Positions 30,107 through 38,760 of a stretch of DNA of 64,000 bases are shown here, piece by piece. The translations under genes and the position numbers were made by a program. Below the pieces are notes generated by a model. The model saw only the letters and a program-made list of their open reading frames with translations. It searched no databases and was not told where the DNA came from. Origin of the DNA: Pseudomonadota bacterium (lineage in GTDB: Bacteria; Pseudomonadota; Alphaproteobacteria; Rhodobacterales; Rhodobacteraceae); assembly GCA_039027855.1 (NCBI GenBank), contig JBCCJI010000014.1:33492-97491 (forward strand). Reading direction: 5' to 3'. Each line of letters begins with the position of its first letter. The stretch's first letter is position 1.

Positions 30107-30766
30107 ATGGTTGCCAGCATGCCGCTGCGTGAGATCATGCGTGACAGGATCGTCGGGGTCGGCATGGCCAAGGCCCCGGATGGCCTGCAAAAGATCCGTC
30201 ATCGCGGCTGTTCGGCGGTGATCTGGAACCGAACGCCGCCGCCTGGTTTTGTTCGGTGGATCGACTGTCTCGACCCCGCGCGCCTCCCGCGCGCCCGCGT
30301 GGTGGTGCCTCTGGACGAGGTGGCCGCAACCGTCGCGGCGCTTTGTACCGAGAGCGCGATGCCCCCCGGAGAGCATTGCGACTGGTTCATCGACGACGTG
30401 GCACGGCTTGCCCTACTGTTCGCCGCGCAGATGTCAGCGGCCGGGATCGACACCCCGTTCCTGCGCCTGCGCCTCGATGCGGTGACGACCGATTCCTGCC
30501 GGCGTTTCCATGTCGATGCGGTGAAAGCGCGGCTGGTCTGCACCTACCGCGGCCCGGGTACGCAATACGGCACGGCGCGCGGAGGCGATGCGCCTGCGAC
30601 CGTTTTCGATGTTCCCCCCTGCGCGCCGATCCTGCTGCGCGGGACGCTTTGGCCGGCCAACCCGCCCACAGGCCTCGTCCATCGCTCACCGCCCATTGCC
30701 GGTACGGGGAGGACGCGCCTGGTGCTTGTACTCGATCCGATGAGCGCGCCTGTGGACGCCTTCTGA
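30107..30766 (+). CDS. DUF1826 domain protein
   Basis: LRLRLDAVTTDSCRRFHVD, RLVCTYRGPGTQY, GLVHRSPPI, RLVLVLD (HxD...H). Confidence 0.8.
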   Translation: MVASMPLREIMRDRIVGVGMAKAPDGLQKIRHRGCSAVIWNRTPPPGFVRWIDCLDPARLPRARVVVPLDEVAATVAALCTESAMPPGEHCDWFIDDVARLALLFAAQMSAAGIDTPFLRLRLDAVTTDSCRRFHVDAVKARLVCTYRGPGTQYGTARGGDAPATVFDVPPCAPILLRGTLWPANPPTGLVHRSPPIAGTGRTRLVLVLDPMSAPVDAF

Positions 30767-31053
30767 TGCGGCGCAATCTCGGCCGAACGAGCCTCCGTCT
30801 CAAGCACCGCCGACAAGACCCGATGCGCGAGTTCGACAGCCTGCCCGTTGAGCTGCGCGCCTGGCTGGCGACGGCCATGCTGCCGTGGCGCCCGCGTTCG
30901 GTCGGGCGCAGCTTTGCCCGTGCCCTCGCGCGCACCGGCGACCGCAGGCTGGCCCTCGCCGAGCTCGACCGTATCGAGGCCCGCCTGATCGCCCGCGATG
31001 CTCAGCGCGTCTGGGGTGACGACTACCCGGCACCAAGGGCCCCTCGTCCCTGA
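30766..31053 (+). CDS. DUF6525-like small protein
   Basis: MRRNLGRTSL, DPMREFDSLPVELRAWLA...LPW...S, VWGDDYP; TGATG coupling to DUF1826. Confidence 0.7.
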   Translation: MRRNLGRTSLRLKHRRQDPMREFDSLPVELRAWLATAMLPWRPRSVGRSFARALARTGDRRLALAELDRIEARLIARDAQRVWGDDYPAPRAPRP

Positions 31054-31126
31054 CACTCCGCCCCCTCACGCCTCAGCGGGAGACTGTGCGGCGCCTGTCT
31101 TCGGGGCTTGGGCGCAGGCGAGGCGC

Positions 31127-31468
31127 CTATGCGCTCTCCCCTGAGGCATCATCGCTTTCGTCCTGACGGGTGTCGGCGAGAGCCCGGCTCTCTTTCTTGA
31201 GCCGCCGGCTCGGTGGGCAAACCTCGCCCAAGAAATCGGTCAGCGTCACGGTCAGTGTCTCGCGCTGCAGGCCATACCGGATGTGGTTCCCCTCGCGCCG
31301 GCGCCAGACCAGACCCGCGGCCTCCAGCACCGAGAGATGCTTTGAGATGGTCGGCTGCGCCATGTCAAAGCGCGCCGCGATCTCGCCCGCGGTCAGGTCG
31401 ACCTCGGAGAGATAGGCGAGGATGCGCCGGCGCGGCGTCGAGGAGAGCGCCTCGAAGATGCGTTCCAT
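31127..31468 (-). CDS. ArsR/SmtB-family regulator (SdpR-like)
   Basis: IFEALSSTPRRRIL, TAGEIAARFDMAQPTISKHLSVLEAAGLV. Confidence 0.88.
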   Translation of the reverse strand: MERIFEALSSTPRRRILAYLSEVDLTAGEIAARFDMAQPTISKHLSVLEAAGLVWRRREGNHIRYGLQRETLTVTLTDFLGEVCPPSRRLKKESRALADTRQDESDDASGESA

Positions 31469-31553
31469 GGATATTGCCCGTTGCCTATTTAGTTTTATGG
31501 CGATATAGCACTTTGCCTATAGAGGTATTCCTTTGGAGCGAGGGAGACAAGCC

Positions 31554-32561
31554 ATGACCGAGATCGCAAGCGAGACGCCGTCGACCGAAACCGCAAGGCC
31601 AGCGCGCCATGTCGTCATCGGCGGCGGCAGCGGTTTCGTCGGCACGGCACTGCGCGAGGCGCTTCAGGCGCGCGGCGACCGGGTGACGCTGATCTCGCGC
31701 CAGCCGGGCCCTGGTCGGATCACCTGGGACGGTCTTGCCCGCGACGGGCTGCCCGCTTGCGACGTGGTGGTGAACCTGGCCGGCCGGCACATCCTCGACC
31801 CCCGCCGGCGTTGGGACGCGCGCTACCGCGACGAGGTCATCCGCTCACGCGTCGAGACGACCGAGGCGCTGGTCGATGCCATGAACGCGATGGCGACCCC
31901 GCCCGAGGTCTTCGTCTCGACCGCGGGCAAGTGCTTTTACGGCACCCGCGAGATGACCGATGGGGCCAGCTACCCGGTGCTGGACGAAGAGAGCGCACCC
32001 ATGGGGCAGGACTTCCCCGGCGAGCTGGTGGCGACCTGGGAGCAGGCGGCCGAGCGGGTCGATGCCAGCCGCATCCGCCATGTGCGCCTGCGCCTTGGCA
32101 TCGTGCTCGGCAAGGTCGAGCCCCAAGGCCGCCTCGCCAAACTGTGGCGCATCGGCCGGCATAAGGGGATCTTGCCTGCAATCCGCCCGCTCTTTTGCCT
32201 CGGCCTCGGCCCCAAACTAGGCCACGGGCGCCAGCCCTTTCCCTGGGTGCATGTCGACGACGTGGTGGGGATCATGCTGACGGTCATGGAGGATCGTCGC
32301 GCCGTCGGGCGCTACAACTGCGTCGCCCCCGGGATTGTCAGCAGCGGCCATTTCCTCGGCGCCTATGCCCGCCATCTGCACCGGCCGGTCCTGTGGCGGG
32401 CGCCGCGCTGGCTGATCACGCGGCTGGTCGGCGCAGAGCGCGTGTCGATCCTGCTTGAGGGGCAGCACGTCGTGCCCCGACGGACGCTGGCAATGGGCTA
32501 CCGCTTCCGCTTTCCGACACTGGGGCCCGCGCTGTCGGATCTGGTCGAGATCACGATCTGA
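31554..32561 (+). CDS. TIGR01777 / SDR39U1-family NAD(P)-dependent epimerase
   Basis: GGGSGFVGT, VVNLAG, PFPWVHVDD, LLEGQHVVPRR; SD GGGAG before ATG 31554. Confidence 0.88.
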   Translation: MTEIASETPSTETARPARHVVIGGGSGFVGTALREALQARGDRVTLISRQPGPGRITWDGLARDGLPACDVVVNLAGRHILDPRRRWDARYRDEVIRSRVETTEALVDAMNAMATPPEVFVSTAGKCFYGTREMTDGASYPVLDEESAPMGQDFPGELVATWEQAAERVDASRIRHVRLRLGIVLGKVEPQGRLAKLWRIGRHKGILPAIRPLFCLGLGPKLGHGRQPFPWVHVDDVVGIMLTVMEDRRAVGRYNCVAPGIVSSGHFLGAYARHLHRPVLWRAPRWLITRLVGAERVSILLEGQHVVPRRTLAMGYRFRFPTLGPALSDLVEITI

Positions 32562-32581
32562 GCGCGCGCCCCGCGGGGCCA

Positions 32582-33397
32582 TCAGTCGACAAAGGCGCGC
32601 TCGACCACGAATTCGGCGGGTTTCGAGTTTGCGCCCTCGGTCAGGCCGCGGGCTTCGAGAAGCTCCTTCAGATCCTTCAGGAAATCCATCGAGCCGCAGA
32701 TCATGCCGCGATCCACCGCCGGGTCGAGCGGCGGCAGGCCGAGGTCCTCGAAGAGCTTGCCGCTCTCGATATTGTCGGTGATGCGGCCCATGCGCTCCGA
32801 GGTCTCGCGCGTCGTGGTCGCGTAGTGGACAAGCTTTTCGCTCGCCTCCTCGCCGACCAGCGGATCGTCCTTGGTCGTCGCCACCAGTTCCTTGCCGTAG
32901 TCGAGCTCCGCCACCTCGCGGGTGGTGTGGCAAAGGATCACCTTCTCGAACTTCTCGTAAGTCTCGGGATCGCGGATGATCGAGGCGAAGGGCGCGATGC
33001 CCGTGCCGGTCGAGAACAGGTAGAGCCTCTTGCCGGGCACCAGCGCATCGTTGACCAGCGTGCCGACGGGCTTTTTGCGCATCAGCACCGTGTCGCCGTT
33101 CACGATCTTCTGCAGATGCTCGGTCAGCGGGCCCCCGGGCACCTTGATCGAGAAGAACTCAATCTCCTCGTCCCAGCTGGGTGAGGCGATGGAATAGGCG
33201 CGGAACACCGGCTTTTCGGCATTGGGCAGGCCGATCATCACGAATTCGCCCGAGCGGAAGCGGAAGCTGCTGGGGCGCGTAATGCGGAACTTGAAGAGGC
33301 GGTCAGTGTAGTGCTTCACCTCGGTCACCGTTTCGGCAAAGACGCCTTTCGGGATCGGGAAGGCGGTGTCGGGCGCCGTGGCCGCGTCTGCCGTCAT
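32582..33397 (-). CDS. fpr: Ferredoxin-NADP(+) reductase, bacterial subclass I
   Basis: FRFRSGEFVMIGL, RAYSIASP, STGTGIAPF, MICGS, C-terminal FVVERAFVD. Confidence 0.95.
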   Translation of the reverse strand: MTADAATAPDTAFPIPKGVFAETVTEVKHYTDRLFKFRITRPSSFRFRSGEFVMIGLPNAEKPVFRAYSIASPSWDEEIEFFSIKVPGGPLTEHLQKIVNGDTVLMRKKPVGTLVNDALVPGKRLYLFSTGTGIAPFASIIRDPETYEKFEKVILCHTTREVAELDYGKELVATTKDDPLVGEEASEKLVHYATTTRETSERMGRITDNIESGKLFEDLGLPPLDPAVDRGMICGSMDFLKDLKELLEARGLTEGANSKPAEFVVERAFVD

Positions 33398-33889
33398 TTC
33401 CACACCTTTCTCACGTTATATTCCGTCTCTCACATCCTTCGGCGGACGTAGGGCCTTTCGCAGCCGCGAACAAGCTTAGGCAGGGCTTTCGCTGGCGGGC
33501 GCGCCGGAAACACCGGCTGGCGAGCACGCGATATCCATCGATCCCGATCCTAACGCGGAGCAGGCAGGATGCGGCTGCAGTTTTGTGGCCGAGACGGGTC
33601 GATAACGCCACACCGACCAACCGGCAGGTGGCAAGACGCGACCCGTCTGCTTGGCATGGTGACCGCCGCGACATAGGTGGCCGCGGTGGGAGAGAGGCCG
33701 GGCACGCCTCGCGCGCTGCTTGTCGGGCGGCATTTGGCAGACAGTGCGCAGCGGGCGGGTCGATCGAGACCATGCGATAGGTGCGTCGTCATCAGGGGGC
33801 CATGGCGGTTTTCCGCTCATTGTCCTCGACTGACCGCCGGGCGTGACGATCTGCGATGTGATGTAATGGGTGCTGGCACAGGGCTCGCC

Positions 33890-34711
33890 ATGGCTGACAG
33901 AGACGAAAGCCTGACAGCGGGCGGGCCAGCGGCGACGCCACCGGTCTCTCGACCCGCGCGGAAGAAGAAGCGGCGTGCGCCAGCCGACCCCAAGACCGAG
34001 CAGCGCAGGCGCCGGCGCGAACGCCGCTGGCTGAAGCCGCTCGATACGCCGCGCAAGCGCCTGAAGGCCTGGGCAAACATGCTGCTGGTCGATCACGGCA
34101 TCTTCCGCGCGCTTTATTCCAACACGCACCGCGTCACCGCGCTGATGTGGCGCTCGGCCCAACCGATGCCGCATCACATCCGCCGCTTCGCCCGCGCGGG
34201 CGGGGCAACGGTCGTCTCGCTGAGAGGGGGCACCCAGTTCGGCTCACTCCCTCTGGAGCTCGAGGCCTGCGATACCGAGGGACTGGAGTTCGAGACCATC
34301 GTGCTCCGCTCGCGCGGTCTGCCCAAGCGCGATGAGCTGCTCGAGACGCTGGATCGGCTGGAGACGCTGGAGACGCCGGTGCTGTTTCACTGCAAATCGG
34401 GCGCCGACCGGGCCGGTTTCATGAGCGGGCTCTGGTTGATGCACATCGAGGGTGCCGATGTTGCGACCGCACAGGCGCAGCTGAGCCTCGCCTATGGGCA
34501 TTTCCGTCGCTCCAAAACAGGCATTCTCGATGCCTTCTTCGAGGCTTATGCCGCCGATCAGTCGCAGGCCGCCACCGGTGATGGCGCCCATCAGCAATTG
34601 TCGCTGAGGGAGTGGGTGGCAACGCGCTATGATCCGGCGGCAATTCGCGCGGCGTTTCGCCCGGCGGGGCTGGCCAGCCTGATTGGCGACGGCATATTGC
34701 GACGGGAATAA
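33890..34711 (+). CDS. Cys-based protein tyrosine / dual-specificity phosphatase family protein
   Basis: CX5R loop HCKSGADRAG; WRSAQP; QLSLAYGH. Confidence 0.8.
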   Translation: MADRDESLTAGGPAATPPVSRPARKKKRRAPADPKTEQRRRRRERRWLKPLDTPRKRLKAWANMLLVDHGIFRALYSNTHRVTALMWRSAQPMPHHIRRFARAGGATVVSLRGGTQFGSLPLELEACDTEGLEFETIVLRSRGLPKRDELLETLDRLETLETPVLFHCKSGADRAGFMSGLWLMHIEGADVATAQAQLSLAYGHFRRSKTGILDAFFEAYAADQSQAATGDGAHQQLSLREWVATRYDPAAIRAAFRPAGLASLIGDGILRRE

Positions 34712-34761
34712 GCTGCGGCGGGCTGGTTTCAGCGGGCGCCGCCAACGGGTTGGAGAGCGCG

Positions 34762-36078
34762 ATGAACCTGCAGAGCGGCGTGACGGGAGCAACCGGGACT
34801 GAGGTGGCGAATGCTGCCGGCGCGGCGCCAACGGTGGCTTCCATTGGAGCACCGACGCTGGCGCATGGGCGGCACTTCCTCTCGATCCCCGGCCCCTCGG
34901 TGATGCCCGACCGGGTGCTGGCCGCCATGGGGCGGGCGATGCCCAACATCTACGAGGGCGATCTCGTCGAGATGTCCGAGGCGGTGCTGGCACGCCTGCC
35001 CGGGGTCGCGCGCACTGCCGGCCGCGCCTTCTGCGCGGCATCGAACGGGCATGGCGCTTGGGAGATGGCGCTGACCAACACGCTGTCGCGCGGCGACAAG
35101 GTGCTCGTGCTGGAAAGCGGCCGCTTCGCCGTCGGCTGGGGCGAGATGGCGGGCGTGATGGGCGTCGAGGTGGAGGTGTTGAACGCGCGCCAGCACAGCG
35201 CCGTCGACCCGGCAGCGGTCGAGGAACGCCTGCGCGCCGATACCGAGCATGCCATCAAGGCCGTGCTGGTGGTGCAGGTCGATACCGCAAGCTCGGTCTG
35301 GAACGACATTGCCGCGATCCGCAAGGCGATCGACGCGGCCGGCCATCCGGCGCTCTACATGGTCGATTGCATCGCCTGTCTCGGCTGCATCGAATACCGC
35401 ATGGATGAGTGGGGCGTCGATGTCACGGTGGCGGGTTCGCAAAAGGGCCTGATGACCCCGCCGGGGCTCGGCTTCACCTGGGCCGGGGAGAAAGCCTGGG
35501 CCGCGCATCAGAAGGCCGATCTCCGAACCGCCTATTGGGACTGGACCGCGCGCAGCCAGGACGGGCGGCATTACCTGCGCTACTGCGGCACGCCGCCGGT
35601 CAGCCACATCTTTGCGCTGAGCGAAGCGCTGGCGATGCTGGAGGAAGAGGGGCAGGAGAACGTGTGGGCGCGTCACCGGGTCATGGCCGATGCGGCGCGT
35701 GCGGCCGTTGCGGCCTGGGCCGCGCCCGCTGGCCTCAGCTTCAACGTGGCCGAGGCGGCCGAGCGTTCGGATGTGGTGACCACGGTGCTGACCGGTGAGA
35801 TCGACAGCGAGCGGCTTCGCAAGGTGGCCGAAATCAGGGCCGGCCTGACCCTCGGTGTTGGTCTCGGCGCCTTCGAGGGGCAGGCCTTCCGCATCGGCCA
35901 TATGGGCCACCTGAACCCGCCAATGCTGCTCGGCACACTGGGCACCATCGAGGCGGCGCTCCTGGCGATGGGCGCGCCGATCGGCGGCTCGGGGGTTGCT
36001 GCGGCGGCGGCGGCGATGGCGCCCTCGCTCGGGGCCGAGGCGGTGCCCGCGGGCAGCACCCAAGGCTTCAACCCCTGA
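34762..36078 (+). CDS. Class V aminotransferase (serine/alanine-glyoxylate aminotransferase family)
   Basis: LSIPGPSVMP, NGHGAWE, VDCIACLG, GSQKGLMTPPG (PLP Lys), FRIGHMG. Confidence 0.9.
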   Translation: MNLQSGVTGATGTEVANAAGAAPTVASIGAPTLAHGRHFLSIPGPSVMPDRVLAAMGRAMPNIYEGDLVEMSEAVLARLPGVARTAGRAFCAASNGHGAWEMALTNTLSRGDKVLVLESGRFAVGWGEMAGVMGVEVEVLNARQHSAVDPAAVEERLRADTEHAIKAVLVVQVDTASSVWNDIAAIRKAIDAAGHPALYMVDCIACLGCIEYRMDEWGVDVTVAGSQKGLMTPPGLGFTWAGEKAWAAHQKADLRTAYWDWTARSQDGRHYLRYCGTPPVSHIFALSEALAMLEEEGQENVWARHRVMADAARAAVAAWAAPAGLSFNVAEAAERSDVVTTVLTGEIDSERLRKVAEIRAGLTLGVGLGAFEGQAFRIGHMGHLNPPMLLGTLGTIEAALLAMGAPIGGSGVAAAAAAMAPSLGAEAVPAGSTQGFNP

Positions 36079-36135
36079 GATAAGGCCTCAAGATCACGAC
36101 CATGAGGCGTGGCCGGGCTGCACCCGGCCAACCGC

Positions 36136-36513
36136 TCAGCGCGCGCGGTAGCTGGCGAGCCCCATGAAGGCGAGCGCAATGCCAAGATAGAGCATCGCGG
36201 CAAGCGGCCCCTCCCCCGGCATGAAGGTATGACGCTCGAAGCTGAGGCCCCGCGGTGGATCGGCAGCGAGGGCGATCTCAGCCGGTATCACGGCCACGGG
36301 CAGATCACGTACCACGCTGGCAACCTGGGTGCTGGTGCAGCCGAGGCAGGCGGCATCCGCCGCCACAGCCGCACTGAGCGGGATGGTGGCGCCGCCGGCC
36401 GCGACGGGCACCAAGGCACCGATCAACACGGATGCGATGAAGGCGCCTTGGCTGCGCCCGCGCGACCGCGTCAGTCGCACCGGGTGCACTGGTGACGATA
36501 GGGATCGGCTCAT
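36136..36513 (-). CDS. Small exported hypothetical protein with a C-terminal TM helix and basic tail
   Basis: N-terminal hydrophobic segment; ends PGEGPLAAMLYLGIALAFMGLASYRAR; SD GGAGGAG. Confidence 0.5.
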   Translation of the reverse strand: MSRSLSSPVHPVRLTRSRGRSQGAFIASVLIGALVPVAAGGATIPLSAAVAADAACLGCTSTQVASVVRDLPVAVIPAEIALAADPPRGLSFERHTFMPGEGPLAAMLYLGIALAFMGLASYRAR

Positions 36514-36592
36514 GGCGTGATCGCTCCTCCTGCTCCCGCGCGACCTTGAGGCCGAGGCATGAACGGAGATTTGAGCGACAGGGTAAACCGTT

Positions 36593-37021
36593 TCAGCCGT
36601 CGGTGTCGCCGGGGTCGCGGCGCAGCCGCTTCACCTGGCCGCGCGCGGTCTTGGCGTCGAGGCGGCGGCGCTTGGAGGCGTTTGTCGGGCGGGTCGGCAC
36701 CCGCTTCTTCGGCACCACGAGTGCCGCGCGGATCAGGCTGATCAGGCGCGCCGTCGCTTCCTCGCGGTTGCGCGCCTGGCTGCGGTGGGTGTCGGCCTGG
36801 ATCACGATCGCCCCGTCCTCGGTCCAGCGCCTGCCGGCGATGCGGCGAAGCCGGGTCTTGACCGAGGGTTCGATATTGGGCGAACGCGCCGCTTCAAACC
36901 GGAGGCGCACCGCCGTCTCGACCTTGTTGACGTTCTGCCCACCGGGGCCCGAGGCGCGGGCGAAGGTCTCGCTCAGCTCCCAGTCGGCCAGCGTCACCGC
37001 GTCGCTCACCCGGATCGGCAT
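36593..37021 (-). CDS. arfB: Alternative ribosome-rescue peptidyl-tRNA hydrolase ArfB (YaeJ)
   Basis: ASGPGGQNVNKVETAV; RSQARNRE; basic tail RVPTRPTNASKRRRLDAK. Confidence 0.93.
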   Translation of the reverse strand: MPIRVSDAVTLADWELSETFARASGPGGQNVNKVETAVRLRFEAARSPNIEPSVKTRLRRIAGRRWTEDGAIVIQADTHRSQARNREEATARLISLIRAALVVPKKRVPTRPTNASKRRRLDAKTARGQVKRLRRDPGDTDG

Positions 37022-37040
37022 GGTCGGGCCACAGGCACGC

Positions 37041-37697
37041 CTAGTGTGCGGCGCCCGGTGGCGCGGCCGGGGGCGCATCCGGCGGGGCAATCAGGCGCAG
37101 CGCCTGGCGGTAGGGCACGAGCGCAGCCGCCGCGACGGCCAGCTTCACGAGGAAATCGCCAACCGCCAGATTGACCCACAGCGCCACCTCCGGCCCGGCG
37201 TAGAGGAGCGGCACCGGCGCAGTCGCCCAATCGGCATCCTCGCCCAGAAAAGCAAAGGCCGGCGCAAAGGCCAGGGAGAAGAACAGCAGCGTATCAAGCG
37301 CCGATCCGACAACCGAGGACACCGCTGGCGCTTGCCACCAGGCTCGGGCGCGAAGGCGGTCGAACACCGCCACATCGAGCAGCTGCGCGGTCAGAAACGC
37401 CGTGCCAGAGGCGATCGCGATCCGCGGGCTGGCCAGCCAGGCCGACAGGAGAATGCCCACCACAAAGCCCGCGATCACCACGCGACGTGCCGCACCCGGC
37501 CCCATCACGCGGTTCGACAGGTCGGTGACGAGGAAGGCGAGCGGATAGGTAAAGGCGCCCCAGGTCAGCAGATCGTTGATCGGGATCTGCACCAGAAAGT
37601 TCGACGCCGCGACCACGACGGCCATGGCGAGCGCCCCGACCAGCACACCCTTCAAGCGGTGGCGCTCGGTGTCTTGTCCGGTCATGTCGCGCGTCAT
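37041..37697 (-). CDS. yhhQ: Queuosine precursor transporter (VUT/YhhQ family)
   Basis: VVAASNFLVQ, TWGAFTYPLAFLVTDL, RIAIASGTAFLTAQLLDV, DFLVKL. Confidence 0.85.
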   Translation of the reverse strand: MTRDMTGQDTERHRLKGVLVGALAMAVVVAASNFLVQIPINDLLTWGAFTYPLAFLVTDLSNRVMGPGAARRVVIAGFVVGILLSAWLASPRIAIASGTAFLTAQLLDVAVFDRLRARAWWQAPAVSSVVGSALDTLLFFSLAFAPAFAFLGEDADWATAPVPLLYAGPEVALWVNLAVGDFLVKLAVAAAALVPYRQALRLIAPPDAPPAAPPGAAH

Positions 37698-37965
37698 CGG
37701 CTGAACTCCATGCCTGCTCGGTCGCGGGCGGTCTCTCCCGCCATTTCCCTCTCGCCCGGCGCGTGGCGTGGCGGTTCCCGGGGGACCGCGGTGCCGTGTC
37801 GTCGTGCTTGGTGGCGGGCTAATCGCATCGAGAGCGTTCGGCAAGAGAGGAGCGACGAGACCCGCGGCGGCGACGACGCCGGAGTGGGTGCGGCGCGTGC
37901 TGCAAGGCCGAGCGCGTAGGCGGCCTGATTGGGATTGTGCGGGCGCTGAGGAGGATTGCAGCGGC

Positions 37966-38446
37966 TGTGGATAACCTGGTGGATTAAACTGCGGACAACG
38001 GGCTCGCGGTATGCAGTGGCGGCGGTAAGATATTGTCCACACTGATGAACGACAGTGCTCAGGAAGGGTCTTCCTTAACGTTTGATTGCGGTTTTGGACG
38101 GGTTTCACCCGCGATATCAGGCGCCAGAACATGGCGCCGCGTGGCCGTGCAAAGCCGTCTGGTGTGAGATGGCTCTGCGCAGGATGGTTAAGGTTGCAGC
38201 CTGCGCCTTTATGAAATGATTTTTATCACTTAAAATCAGTATTTTATGGGAAATTCTTTATGACACTGTCCCAAAAAATTACAGTTTCCGACAGGTGGAG
38301 ATGACTCTCGCTTTGATCATCTCAGCGTGTCGCAGTTCCGATAATCACCGTCGCCATTAACTTATGGAGACATCAGATGGTTTCGCCGTTCGTTTTACAC
38401 CGGGACGACAGCTCGATGACACCGACTGAGACGCTACTGTGGACAA
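37966..38446. promoter_or_regulatory. Cluster of DnaA-box-like 9-mers with an AT-rich tract and an IHF-like site
   Basis: TGTGGATAA 37966 (perfect); GGTGGATTA 37978; TGCGGACAA 37990; TTGTCCACA 38033; TGTGGACAA 38438; AT-rich about 38205-38285; AATCAGTATTTTA 38234. Confidence 0.5.
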
Positions 38447-38715
38447 CCGCAGCCTGCCGCTCGGGAAGGGCCACGTCTTCTGACAAAGCGGCCCACGCCG
38501 AAGCGGGATCAGAGAGGTAGCAGCGGAGATGCCTTTGGTGCGGCGCAGCGCTCTGGATCGAGGCGTGTCCTAGCGGCAACAAGCGCGGCGACGCCGTCAC
38601 GGTGAGGTCGCGCTCGGACGGTGGGAGGCGGCAGCCAGGCGCCCGGTCTGAGGCACCCGCTAGGGCACTCACTCAGGCACGCGCTGGGACACGCGCGATC
38701 TTGGAGCGGAAGCTC

Positions 38716-38741
38716 GAATCGCATTAGAACAAATTAAGAAC
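38716..38741 (+). promoter_or_regulatory. LexA (SOS) box upstream of imuA
   Basis: GAAC-aaattaa-GAAC (38727-38741), the alphaproteobacterial consensus, extended by an in-phase GAAT-N7 half-site at 38716. Confidence 0.9.
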
Positions 38742-38760
38742 AAGCGAGTGCCAAGACACC

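Noticed and set aside
33404-33889. Cobalamin or FMN riboswitch upstream of fpr
   Set aside because: Conserved boxes of these riboswitches not found on either strand
37698-37960. preQ1 riboswitch upstream of yhhQ
   Set aside because: No preQ1 consensus or A-rich tail; only small GC hairpins
37960-38450. Definite chromosomal oriC
   Set aside because: Typical neighbours are absent and no full CtrA TTAA-N7-TTAA site is present; reported only as a candidate DnaA locus
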